Of a stretch of 64,000 bases of DNA, positions 1 through 14,886 are shown piece after piece; the stretch's first letter is position 1; each line of letters begins with the position of its first letter. The stretch spans positions 928,001 to 992,000 of the forward strand of contig CBDBCZ010000017.1 in assembly GCA_965203295.1 (NCBI GenBank). Direction: 5' to 3'. This stretch comes from Nitrospirales bacterium. GTDB taxonomy: Bacteria > Nitrospirota > Nitrospiria > Nitrospirales > UBA8639. Below the pieces are notes generated by a model, which was given only the letters and a program-made list of their open reading frames with translations, was not told where the DNA came from and did no database searches. Position numbers and translations under genes: made by a program.

Positions 1-894
1 GAAGTGGAAACACGCAACAGAAAACTTGAAGAATGTGAACATGCCATCGACAGAGCGACTAATTAACTCATTGTGCAAGTCAAATACTGTGTGCAGTAGG
101 CTATACAGGATTTTTTTTTCTACTTAACTGCTCTGCTTCACAATTAACACTGCTTAATATCTACCCGGGAACCAGACTCAAGTTATCTGCCAATTTGCTT
201 CCAGCTGAATGATTCAATCGATCCAAAACCTTACCCCTAACCCTAACTCTAACCCCCCCCCCCCCCCCCCCACAACCCTAACCTTTAGGAACACTCTCTA
301 TTTGGTTTATTAAGTCTAATGTAGATGAGAGATTCACAATTTGTAATTTCATAGTAAGTTACGTACACTGCAAAAATTTTATTTCAACTTTGATTAGGTT
401 ACTTTAGTTGTAGCTCTGCAACTGGTGTCTCTAGCATGACCTTATACAGCCAGCTATTTTTGTTATTGCACACTCAATGCCATGCAGATAAGGAGCAGAA
501 CAATATTCACGTGTTATTGCATGCTCCCACCATGTATGCATAATATACAAGGATGGAACTGAACCAATATTCATGTTCATGTGTTATTGCATACCCACAA
601 TTCATTTGTAATTGCACCTCATGCCAAAGCAGATAAGGAGCACTACATGTACTCCCACCAACCGAACCAATATTCATATGACATTGTCTGGGTATGAGTT
701 ATACACGTATGTATAGCTGCACATTCTCTGCTACTGGGGCTGCAACAGAGGTAACCTTCATTTTTGCACTCAGATTTGCAGTAAGATCACAGGTATACAC
801 TGAGCCCTATATAACTCCTACCCTACACCAGACATCTGCATTCATGTACCACTAAGCAGTCGATGAGAACAACTGTACGTACATATTTTTTGTA

Positions 895-1365
895 GGTACA
901 TAAATCGATCGATTTAAATCTAAAGTTCCTGACATTAAATTGATCGTTTTAATTTGGTAGTTTCTGGAATTAAATCGATCAATTTAAATCCAAATTAAAT
1001 CCAAAGTTCATGAATTAAATTGATCTATTTAAATCCAAAGTTTCTGGAAATAAATCGATCGATTTTAATCTAAAGTTCCACAGTGAAATTTATTTTAATC
1101 CTCAACTTCTGGATTGATCAAATTCCAAATTTCCTGTAATTACATGTACATCTATTGATTTGTTTCCAAAGAGTACTAGCAGAGGAGTGGCATTGAAGCT
1201 CTACTCTCTATTAATTCCAGAAACTACCGAATAAAAACGATCGATTTAATTCCAGGAACTTCAAACTTAAATCGATTGATTTAATTTCAGAAACTTCGGA
1301 TTTAAATTGATTCAGGCAATTTAACTCCAGGAATTTGGGAATTGACTTAATATAATGCCAGGAAT
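895..1365. repeat. Degenerate AT-rich foldback of ~30-bp AAATCGATCGATTTAAATC-type units
   Basis: Multiple TAAATCGATCGATTT/CCAAAGTT units at 900-1140, mirrored in inverted orientation at 1210-1360. Confidence 0.55.
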
Positions 1366-1731
1366 AACAATCATCTTGGAATTTTAGACGGTTGTAGTAT
1401 AGTAGTTACGGACCCTAACCGTTTGGTTTAGAGTTAACTCTTTTCAAGCCAGGGGCACATGTATATTATTTTATCTGATTTTATATTAACACCTAATATT
1501 ATATAAATTGTCTGCAAGGTTTAGTACATTGTGTAATTATCAGCGAGAAAAAAGATACTGTACGAGTGCACAATGCCATGCACATACACCACCCCCACTG
1601 TTTTTTCTCTATGGTTTGAGGCTACTCCTCCCCCCAGCTTCGAATTATCAATGCAGTCCTCATTCAAGGAAATATAAGGAATACATGTATCGTAGTAGTA
1701 ACTTGCAATGTATGTACACGTACAAATATTA

Positions 1732-4573
1732 TCAGTGATGATGCTTTCTTCTACTGTGATATCTCTTGTAAATGGAAGGTGGGAGCATGTAATGCCAGGA
1801 AGAGATACGTTCCAACGGAGATGAGAGCACGTTTGACCAATGGGTTCGTCCAGACTCCTGCACTACATGTCCACCGATGTACACCACACCCACCAGATCA
1901 TTTGCTGTAAATCTATCGTAGTCCATGATGAGAATTTCAAAGCTGATATCTTGAAGCTCCATGTGAGAAATGTTGAACAGAAAGGACTCTTCGTATTCCG
2001 GGTTGAGCGTGTTCCTTTTGATGCTGGTCTTCCACTTGGTTTGCCTTGTTCCCTGTGAACCAGACGGATCTTTACATATGGATCTGTGAATCATGAGTGT
2101 GAACATTGCATATAATATCTAGCTATTTATACTATACCTAAGTCATTCTAACCAATCAGATTTCAGCATTTCGCGTAGATAACGGGTCATATTCTACCGC
2201 GGGAAAAAATATACCCCGATTGCGCGATATTGCCTACGTGAAACGGTACCCGGTTCCGTTCCAGTCGCTCAAACGTTGAGAAAGCTACAGTAGCTGGTGC
2301 CTGGGGGAGCCTAGGCAGATCGTATGGCGGCTATTTTACTCATAAATCGTTGGAAAGTGATATGGAAAAGTACGGTAAGCTACTGTTTTCTAGTTTCGCT
2401 GAGATTCTGTGTTTTTGTGCGTGTGGTAACGCTACCAGCCTACCGTTTTGTGTCAAATGGCACTAGGCTCGGGATGGATGGTTACTTACTATGGCTCCTA
2501 GCTGTCGTTCAGTCTTGCTACAGTTTCTGGGAATGTTTTCCTTGCTGTAGCTTAGCCTTCTACTCCGTCGATTGAGTCTTGATGCTAGTTGGCCCGCTTG
2601 CTCTATCGTGCCGAACGGTGCAGCCTTTCAAGCTTCTAGCTTTTCTTACAGATCTACCAACTCTTGTTAGAATGACTTAGGCATAGTACAAAATAGATAG
2701 ATCACTGCGTAGCGGGTTGTATGACCCGTTATCTACCTTGGGAAAAGTTATCTCCCTTGGAAGCCTCGGAAGTACCTCAGGCTTCGCCCTCGGAACTTCC
2801 TTGGCTTCCGCGGGAGATAACTTTTCCCGCGGTAGATAACGGGTCATACACCCCGCTACGCAGTGATCTATCCTATACATAAGGCCTGGGAATAAGAATC
2901 GGTTCTGAGCCCTACAAATTTATTGTACCCACCCGCTTGTCCCCACGTATCCTGTTTCTCCCAGATCCTTGCTCTGAAGACAGTCCCCTCCAGCCAGTTT
3001 CCATGGGGGTTATACTCCAGAGAGATCAGTAGCTCTCCCCTGGTGCTCTGAAGCAAGGATAAAAATATGCGAAGCTTATGCATGAGTAAGCACTGAAATA
3101 CTTTGTTGCCGGTCTTTTCCCAGGAGTCTTAATTATCCTTATCTCATCCCTCTCCTCCAAACAGGATGAAAAAATAAAAAGAACTGACACTCATGAAGAG
3201 TTGATAACCATTTTATTATACATAGGTTACCGGTATGTGACTACTGCTAATTTCACATCCATTCAGTGATCCGGTACACTACTTTAGCCAGTAGAGGAGG
3301 CTGGAAGCGATCACGTGCACTATAGTGGGATGCAAATAGCTATATGTTGTCAGATGATGTAATGAAAAAGTCTCAGGCAGAGGAAGCAATAAAAGCCTCT
3401 CCAAGCATCCTGCGTAAGTTTTATATTAGCAGTTTTCAGAGTAAAATAGCTAGAATCTCCTTGAAACTAAAAACTACAAAATAAGTACCTACAGATGTAG
3501 ATCTACAGCTATAAGGCATTTTAAAGACACTTACATACTGAGTGATTTGTCTAGTTCCAGCCAACAACCGCAATTGCATGCGTGTTAGTTAGTAGCCATG
3601 CATTCATATGCAAATGAGACTATATTAGTCATACCCTCAGTTCTCTTGCCAATTCGTCAACCCTCATTGTAATGGTGTCACCATTCAACAACTCCTTCCT
3701 GAGTAGCACCCTTACTTCGCCAATGAAATCATTAATTGACATTCTGTCGTAGTCGTATATCTCAAACACAAGCTTTTCGAGGTGAATCTTGGACGGTAAG
3801 TTTGTGAACTTGAAATGCTGGTTGAATCTGGGGTTCAGTGTTCTGCGTATCACTTTTGATTCAAAACATTCGCATGCATTTGATTCAAGTGACAATTTCA
3901 CAAACGGATCGCTAGCTCCCCCAATGTCCTTCACTGGCAAATGTTCCGCTTGTATCAGGTGTACAGTTAAGGTGTTGTCACCAGAATCGTGCTGCAAGGA
4001 GAACTGAAGTATTGGAACCCTAGGGGGCTGGCTTTCATCACCGCTGAAGGCTACTGTATGGACGACTGCGCCACTTGAAAGGGATTCAATAGGGATCTGG
4101 CTAGAGCCTTCTCGATCTCTTGATGCACCATCAGTATCATCATCAACTGGTGATTGTCCATCAGGACTGGAAGTAGGCGCCTCATTTCCCGCCGTCCAAT
4201 ACGGTAGTGTTTGCTGTCTTTTTAGACGTTTGGGTTTAGAGCGTTGGTGTGAGATTTCCGGTTTAGATACTTCAGTAGTCTCGGGCTGCAAGTGGTAAGG
4301 CTTCCTGAAGGAGCTGGGCAGTGAATAAGATTTCGGAATATGTTTGGATCTGGATGGTACTGTAACAGTAGTTGGCTTGGGTTGCAAGTGGTATGACTGA
4401 ACTGGCTCTTTCTGTATTGCCACCAACTCAGGGTCACCAACCACCCAATGTGCAGTTTCTGCAGGCTTGTATTCGATATGCGCATACCGGTCAGTCACAC
4501 TCTTCGCTGGACAGCAGCATTCCCAGCACTTACAGTCACAGCAGCAGATTCTCAGACAGTCACCACAGTTCAT
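1732..4573 (-). pseudogene. Syt-1: synaptotagmin-like tandem-C2 gene with a frameshift in the last exon (exons 4573-3635, 3047-2933, 2083-1732)
   Basis: Exon 1 encodes the MNCGDCLRICCCDCKCWECCC Cys cluster, a linker and C2A (KDIGGASDPFVK...YDYDRMSINDFIG). The 115-nt exon 2 reads STRGELLISLEY...GQA. Exon 3 is 352 nt versus 353 nt in near-identical Syt-2 (CACAGGGAACA vs CACAAGGGAACA on minus), so the spliced frame breaks at ~2054. This is either a pseudogene or a base-calling error. Confidence 0.7.
2123..2876. mobile_element. ~750-bp insertion in Syt-1 intron 2: IR-bounded body (2123-2152 / 2666-2696) plus terminal ~177-bp palindrome (2696-2872)
   Basis: Absent from the homologous 97-bp intron of Syt-2 (empty site TATCTAGCTATATAAGGCCT). 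Both inverted repeats can be read directly. Confidence 0.8.
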
Positions 4574-5805
4574 TCTCAGAGCAGTCTGCTATAATTGCTC
4601 TATTGCTGGAGACAAACAATCAACATTTAGCTAATCATATAATATGTATAGTTGTTTGGCTACTTTAGCAAACAACTATTATGGCTAAGTATGTAAGTAG
4701 GAGTGAGGTCTAAAAAGCATACTAGGATTACAATAAAAACATTCCATAGTAGCTACACTTATCAAATTCATCACCGTATGTACAAACAGCTATATCACTC
4801 CAAAAAGTTGTGGTTGGTTCAACTGCTTACAGTTCCTTGCTAGTGACATGGAAATTCAGAAATAGCTCCCCCAAAATTACATTTCTAGTCAGTGAAAACC
4901 TGGATACTAACAGTCAGCAGTTATAGCTACATGTTAATCGTAATATCACCGCAAAATTAATATTATGCAGTTAATTGTACTTTATAGTGGTTAGGTAATA
5001 ATACCTGAAGGTGGCTAAGTACATCTACAGGAGTAGGCCTCGACACATATAGGGCTCCATAGTTACTGTAGCTACACTAATCCAATAATTCAAACAGCTA
5101 TCACTCCACAGACAAGGTGTGGTAGGCTTTGTGGTGGGCTTTGTGGTTACTCTAGTATTTGCTACCTCCTTAAGGTTGCAAGGAATGCAATAACCACTCC
5201 TTTCAGTCTACTCGTGAAAGTTCCAACAAACCTATACACTCTCAGTACTAGCTGCAAATAATATTGCACAAGTGATTTCTTACAAAATGCAATTTTCCAT
5301 GTACAGTAGAATGGCCTTACCTTGCTCAAAGTACCCCTTTTATTTTAGTGGCCTGGCTTGAACTAAAATAGTTACCAAGCACTTATTAAAACACTGCCTA
5401 CTTTGTTGCTGTTTTTTATTGCAGTATCAATAGCTATATAGCTAAATTATCAAGGCTTTACCTCTTTCTTGAGCCGTCCACCAAGGCTGCTAACGCACGT
5501 GCACGCTAGTGAGACTGAGACTATGTACTACTACGCCTATCGACGGGCGCGGGTAGGTATGGGTATGAGACTAGCACAGTTGCATGGTCTCATACCCAGT
5601 TGGTACACACGAATGCGCGCGCGCATGCGCGTACATCACCTACAGATATTGTCTCCACGGTTGTGAATAAAATTTGAGCGAGATTTAAGGCCATTCTACT
5701 GTTTTTGTGAGGTGTATGGGCATAAACATAATCAATGCAGATTATTCAAGGAATTTACAAATAACAGTAAGCTTGCAAAGTGTGTACAATCATAGAAAAG
5801 TATTA

Positions 5806-7762
5806 TCAGTGATGATGCTTTCTTTCACTGTGATATTGCTTGTAAACAGACGTTGGGAGAATGTAATGCCAGGAAGATATACGTTCCAACGGAGATGAGA
5901 GCACGTTTGACCAATGGATTCGTCCAGACTCCTGCACTACATGTCCACCGATGTAGACCACACCCACCAGATCATTTGCTGTAAATCTGTCGTAGTCCAT
6001 GAGGAGAATTTCAAAGCTGATATCCTGAAGCTCCATGTGAGAAATGTCGAACAGGAAGGACTCTTCGTATTCCGGGTTGAGCGTGTTCCTTTTGATGCTG
6101 GTCTTCCACTTGGTTTGCCTTGTTCCCTTGTGAACCAGACGGATCTTTACATATGGATCTGTGAATCATGAGTGTGAGCATCGCATATAATATCTAGCTA
6201 TATAAGGCCTGGGAATAAGGATCAGATCTGAGCCCTACAAATTTATTGTACCCACCTGCTTGTCCCCACGTATCCTGTTTCTCCCAGATCCTTGCTCTGA
6301 AGACAGTCCCCTCCAGCCAGTTTCCATGGGGGTTATACTCCAGAGAGATCAGCAGTTCTCCCCTGGTACTCTGTGGCAAGGATGGAAAGATTCACATGAT
6401 GAGTTTGATAACCATTTTCATTAAGTATTTTTTACAGGTATATGACATGTAGTTTTAAATTCATATTCCTTCCACTCATAGTACACTACTTCAGTTACCA
6501 TGAACTAGATTACAGAGATCGTTAGACAAAGTAATTGAAATTGAAAGTAAAGTGTGAATGCAATAAGCACCTTCTGGTATATGCTAGATTAATCTGCAAG
6601 GAAACTATAATCATACCCTCAGTTCTCTTGCCAATTCGTCAACCCTCATTGTAATAGTGTCACCATTCAACAACTCCTTCCTGAGTAGCACCCTTACTTC
6701 GCCTATGAAATCATTAAGAGACATTCTGTCGTAGTCGTATATCTCAAACACAAGCTTTTCGAGGTGAATCTTCGACGGCAAGTTTGTAAACTTGAAATGC
6801 TGGTTGAATCTGGGGTTCAGTGTTCCTCGTATCACTTTTGATTCGAAACATTCGCATGCATTTGACTCGAATGACAATTTCACAAATGGATCGCTAGCTC
6901 TCCCAATGTCATTCTCAGGCAGATGTTCTGCTTGTATCAGGTGTACAGTTAAGCTGTTATCTTCAGAATTGTGCTGTAAGGAGAACTGAAGTATTGGAAC
7001 CCTAGGGGGCTGGTTTTCATCACCGCTGAGGACTGCTGTATGGGTGACTGCATCACTTGTTGGGAATCCAGTAGGGATCTGGCTAGAGCCTTCTCGGTCT
7101 GTTGGAAACGATTTTTCTTGATCCGCTCTCATTTCCAACACACCATCGATATCATCAGCTGGTGAAGAAGTCGCTGGTCTTTCAGGGCTGACAACTGGTG
7201 TCTCATTGACTGCCATAAAGTATGATTGCTTTCTTGTGATACCTCCAGTAACAGCAGGTATATCGTGTCTGGTTGTTGAATCAGATATTTGCTCAGACTG
7301 TGCGACGTGAGGCATTGTAGTGTAGCTTTCTAGTGTTTTGGAGCGTTTGTGAGAAAACTCAAATTTAGGTACTGCAGATGACGGCTCAGCTTCCATGGAG
7401 TAACTTTTCGTGGTAAAGCTTGTTGATGTTTTAGAACGTTGGTATGAGATTTCGGGTTTGGATACTTCCGTTATCTCCTCAAGCTGCAGGAGGTAAGACT
7501 GCTCTTCAGTAGTGACAGAGCTGGGCAATGACTGAGGTTTGGATCTGGATACTACAGTAGTCGGCTTGGGTTGCAAGTGGTATGACTGAACTGGCTCTTT
7601 CTGTATCGCTACCAACTCAGGGTCACCAGCAGTCCGATGTGCAGTTTCTGCAGGCTTGTATTCGATATGCGCATACCGGTCAGTCACGCTCTTCGCTGGG
7701 CAACAGCATTCCCAGCACTTACAGTCACAGCAGCAGATTCTCAGACAGTCACCACAATTCAT
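5806..7762 (-). CDS. Syt-2: synaptotagmin-like tandem-C2 protein, Cys-rich N-terminus, no TM, ~537 aa (exons 7762-6617, 6370-6256, 6158-5806)
   Basis: GT-AG introns (phase 0, phase 1) give a continuous frame. C2A: NDIGRASDPFVK...YDYDRMSLNDFIG. C2B: QDTWGQADPYVKIRL...KTSIKRNTLNPEY...MDYDRFTANDLVG. It ends with the synaptotagmin-type HW...WH motif. Confidence 0.9.
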
Positions 7763-10431
7763 TCTCAGAGCAGTCTGCTGTAATTGCTCTATTGCTGGAG
7801 ACAAATAATCAACAGTTAGCTACACAAAAGTGGCTAAGTATGTAAGTAGGAGTTAGGTCTCAAAGCATAGGATTACAATATAACATTCCACCGTAGCTAC
7901 AGTCTTATCAAATTTACTACCATATGTACAAACAGCTATATCACTCCAAAAAGTTCTGGAACTGCTTTATAGATTTTGCTTCCATGCTATATAGTGACAT
8001 GGAATTTACGAACCCCCCCCCCCCCCAAATTCCACTTCTACTCAGTGAAAACTCTATCCACTCAGTATCAACTTTAAATGTTACACTGTTTGCTGCTGCC
8101 TATATGAAGTTTGACAGTACAGAAACCTCCAAACAATTTTTTGCAAAGGATATACATGTAACTATAGTGCTAGTGTGCTTCTTACCTTGCCTCAGTTCTT
8201 TCTATAGCAACAATAAAGAAAGGTAGTTATTCCACAACAGGCTTCTATTAGTGTGCTCAAATTTCTAAAGCCGGTTGGCTACTGACTCAATCAGACTATA
8301 CATACAATAGTGACAGACTATGTAGGTGTTGGAGAATACGCCCTATATCACTGTACTATATAGTCTGGTCTGATCAAATTACCTATACAGTGTACATACA
8401 GATAGCCAGTTTACTATGCTCCACTCACTCCTATTACAGAATAGTGATAATTTAAATGTATAGGTGTGATGGTATGCCCACACAACTACACTACACTGTA
8501 CAGCTATCCAGAGACTACATGTATGCTCCAATACAGAGTACTGTAGTATGACGGCACAACTATTACTGTACAGATCAAATTACCTATATAGACTGTACTA
8601 TACTCCACTCACTCACTTAGACTATACAGAATAGTGACTAACTAGGCGTGGTGGTATGCCCACGTATATACTCTGTGTGAATAGAATCTTAATTACCTCT
8701 ATAAGGCTTTACACAAGTATACACATGAGTAACCTAGATCATATACACTGTTGATAGAATCCAATTACCTCCATAAGGCTTTACAGATGAGTAACCTATG
8801 AATTCCTACATAGCCAATTGGAGAAATAACAAGGCATACTAGTGGGTTCGCTGGGTACACAACTGTAAGGTTATTACATTTTACAAATAAACTACTGCTC
8901 AATGGTTGTGCAGCATGCAAGACAACTGTAGCCCAACCAGTGGCGTGCAATTTTTGTAAAGGCAATATACTGACAGCCTCTCCCACATTGCAACATTTTG
9001 TGAATACAAAATACGTATGTGAGCTTCTTGTGATCTCTGTGTAGGAGTAGCCTCTTAATGCATTTAGCGTTCCGAAAGGCAAGAAGTTGCCTTTTAGAAT
9101 TCTGGTAGTTAAGAACTTAATAAGGTCAACTAGGCATACACAAAAGGCATTTATATTAAATTTAGCCTTACTTTATCCATGATATACATGAAACTCTTTA
9201 TTCAGCTAAGACCTATATTTTAACCCATTGTTGGTATGTCGGCAAAGCATAATAGAGAGATGCACAAAAGCAGATAAAATTTATCAAAGATGGAAAGACA
9301 CCAAAAGCAGCTAACTACCTCACTTTAAAAATGACCGTTCTGATGGTAATCAGGTTTGGACACAAGTCTTAGACTAATCTATAGCTCCAGACATGAGGTA
9401 AAATAATTTCATTTCCCTGACAGATATTTCTGTAATGGCCAGGGTGTATACAAATAAAGTTGGCAATTTGCTATATGGGGAAGTTTCCAGAATTTTATGA
9501 AGGAGCCTGGGAATGATGATAAGTGGGAATAAACTAATATACAAACGTTAAACTAGTAGTTTCAAAGGGTATGAGTACATTTCCATCCAATCTACCAAGC
9601 CATCTTATCACTTTGAGTAATACCTGTACAAGTACTGCCTAAGTGCAAAGTTGACAAACATGTACCTCTATAATTATAGTCTTCATGATATCAGACATCC
9701 CACTTGTATATAAATATCTTAATTGTAGAGCATGAAATGCATTTTGTGGGAAAAGTTCACTCAAAGAAGCCCACGGCAACATGCATCAGTGACTTAACAC
9801 TTCTATAGAAACACAAGAATGTAGCTGAAGAAGTATTACTATGTGACTACACTGTTGGTATTGCAAGTTATATAAGTAGGTCATACGTACGTAGATAGGT
9901 GCACTATATTATAGGTGTTTAAGCTATGAGCTGAACCTCAAGAGGAGACAATAACATACCATCTCTACTTTGCGAAAGCTCTCACTATATATTGTAGTCT
10001 ATAGCTACTAGTCTGTGTCCCCTGTATATATGTACCCTTGGCATGTAGTGAGCACAGAGGTTCTGCTGGTTGTACTTGATGTTCAGAAAGGATATAATGT
10101 TTTCTGTACCTCCCAAGTGTTGAGTAAATTACACTCGAATTACAATCTGAAACCACAATCCAGCTCATGTTTTAACATTTCACTGAGACTTGAATTCCTA
10201 CTGAATTGACAAAATACACATACAGAAAGTATATAATGTACAGAGGGTAGAAACAGTTTAATGTACAATTATAGCACTAATAAATATGACACAAGCTCTT
10301 TACTTAAAATATGCATAATGAAGAATGTTTTACATGAACAACTGTGCAGGAATGAGCATTGAACTACTACATTACCTGACTTAAACAAGAACTATAATAT
10401 TCACAGACATAAATGAAAAAGTATGGCAGAT

Positions 10432-12961
<2,530 letters not shown>

Positions 12962-13171
12962 TCTCAGTCTGCAGAGATTAACAGTCATAGTTAACTAGCT
13001 AGCTCACTGTACTCACTGTTGAAAGCTTTGACTAGCTACTTAGTGCTTACATGGTGGCTAAGATTGCTTTTAGGCTTCAAAGTTTAGGACCACTACCATG
13101 CAAACAGTTATAAATAAATTCGTAACAAATGGTGCAATGGGAGAAGAACGTGCATGCATGATTGTATATAT

Positions 13172-13607
13172 CACTGTAAAAAAGAAATTGTCATATTAAT
13201 TGAGTTGTTTGAGTTTCAAATGAGTGAAGCTAGAGCCAAGTTGGTATGTGTCGCAAGGGAGTTCATCAAGAATGTGAAAAATACATTATCAATAACTTAA
13301 TTCATTAATTAACTAACGATGCATCGCTAATGTGTTTCTACATTCTTATTCAATAATGCGAACAAGTTAATATTTCCGATGCAGAAGAGTCACTAATGTG
13401 CTTTTCACATTCTTGGGGCACTCCCTGACCAAGAATGTGGGCAGTGATGCATTAATCTGTTCATCGCTAATGCGTTTTCCATACAATTAACTCTCTTTAA
13501 GAGACACACAACAACTCGCAATTGGCTCTCGGCTGTGTTCACCCATTTTAAAACTTAGACAGCAGCCCACTGGTCAATATAATGATGACAATTCCCTTTT
13601 TACTGTG
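13172..13607. mobile_element. CACTG-terminated MITE-like element; related fragment at ~55826-56013
   Basis: Imperfect TIR CACTGTAAAAAAGAAATTGTCAT / ATGACAATTCCCTTTTTACTGTG, with internal CATCGCTAATG repeats shared with the 55.8 kb fragment. Confidence 0.55.
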
Positions 13608-14886
13608 TATGCTTAGTGAAAGTTAGCGTATCCACTCAGTATAGTAACAGCTGCAAATTATTATTTGTTACTGCATGTATTTTTGCAAAACAATTTGCGA
13701 CCTGACTTTAAACATTTTGCAACAGTGTGGAACAATCACCAAGCAGTTAAAAACAACAGAGCACTTTATTTTTATAGTGGTTACTATTATAGCTATCTCT
13801 ATTGTAGCTAATACTTTTCATCTTACCTATTTCTTGAGCCCTGTAGAAATGATCAAGAAGGGTAGCTATTCCACAACAGCGTTCAATTAGCACATAAATA
13901 CTATATTCATGCAGTCTGATCCAATTACCTACACTGTAGCTACAGCCAGCTAGACATCGATCTGTGTATACTCTACTCACTCTAACTCAACACAATAGTG
14001 ACAAACTAAGTGTGCATGGCAGCATGCCAATTACCCACATGTTTATTCCTGTACGTAGTGATGTGGAATCTAATTACCTCTACAGTGGTTTTACACATGA
14101 GTAGCCTACCATCAGTGCTAGTGGTATGTTGTTGTGTACTACTTTAGTCCCAGGCTCACCCACAACATACTCAGGATATATATAGGAGTGCAACTCTTCC
14201 TCTCTGTATACCTTTAGGGGATTTCTAGGGGACAAAGCTGCACTCTATAATAGCTATGTATATACTAGTAAATGCAGTGCATTGTGGGGGCGGAGCAGTC
14301 GTCACATGACTGTAGGTCTTTGCATGGACATCGTTGAAATAGGCCTGGCAGTGCATTTGCGGTATATAAGACCATGCACCCGTACATACGTACGCACCGA
14401 CAGAATTGCAACCAGAACCACTAAGGGGGGGGGGGCTCCACCCCAAGCCCCAACTAGTCCAGCTGCCCCGGGCATGTGCACTGTGCATGGCCACCCTTAT
14501 GTTGGTTTGACAATGTGTGCACAGAGGTTCCATTGGCTGTATATATGATAATCAGAATTTATTCCATTTGGCTGTGTTTACAATGTTTTTTGATTTGTGA
14601 AGCCTCTAGAAATACAATTCCAGTCCTAACTTTATAAAAATACCTCCCTCATAAAAGTATCTCCAACGTACACACATGCATTGCGGATCAAAGTCGCAGT
14701 GTTATGAGTTTTGGTCAATATCAATGCTTTAAACTTGAATGCATGCACACTGAATAATAGTCTCCATAAAGCATATATATATATAAATTAAAATATAGAG
14801 AGGACAGAAAAGTAAATGCTGACATTATAACATATGAAAAGTGTTACAACTCACACTATATATGAACTAATACATCAACAGTATTT

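Noticed and set aside
228..285. Telomere
   Set aside because: Only a few degenerate CCCTAA units around a poly-C tract. It is interstitial and similar to other repeat-associated tracts.
3629..4573. Treating the long single ORFs ending in ...RV*, KV* or GV* as complete single-C2 genes
   Set aside because: The terminal Val-stop is the GTATGA splice donor, and in-frame downstream exons complete C2B. The possible short isoform is listed under findings.
8760..9900. Possible decayed retroelement between Syt-2 and Syt-3
   Set aside because: Only a faint resemblance to LINE C-terminal motifs, with no sustained frame. It cannot be supported without a translated search.
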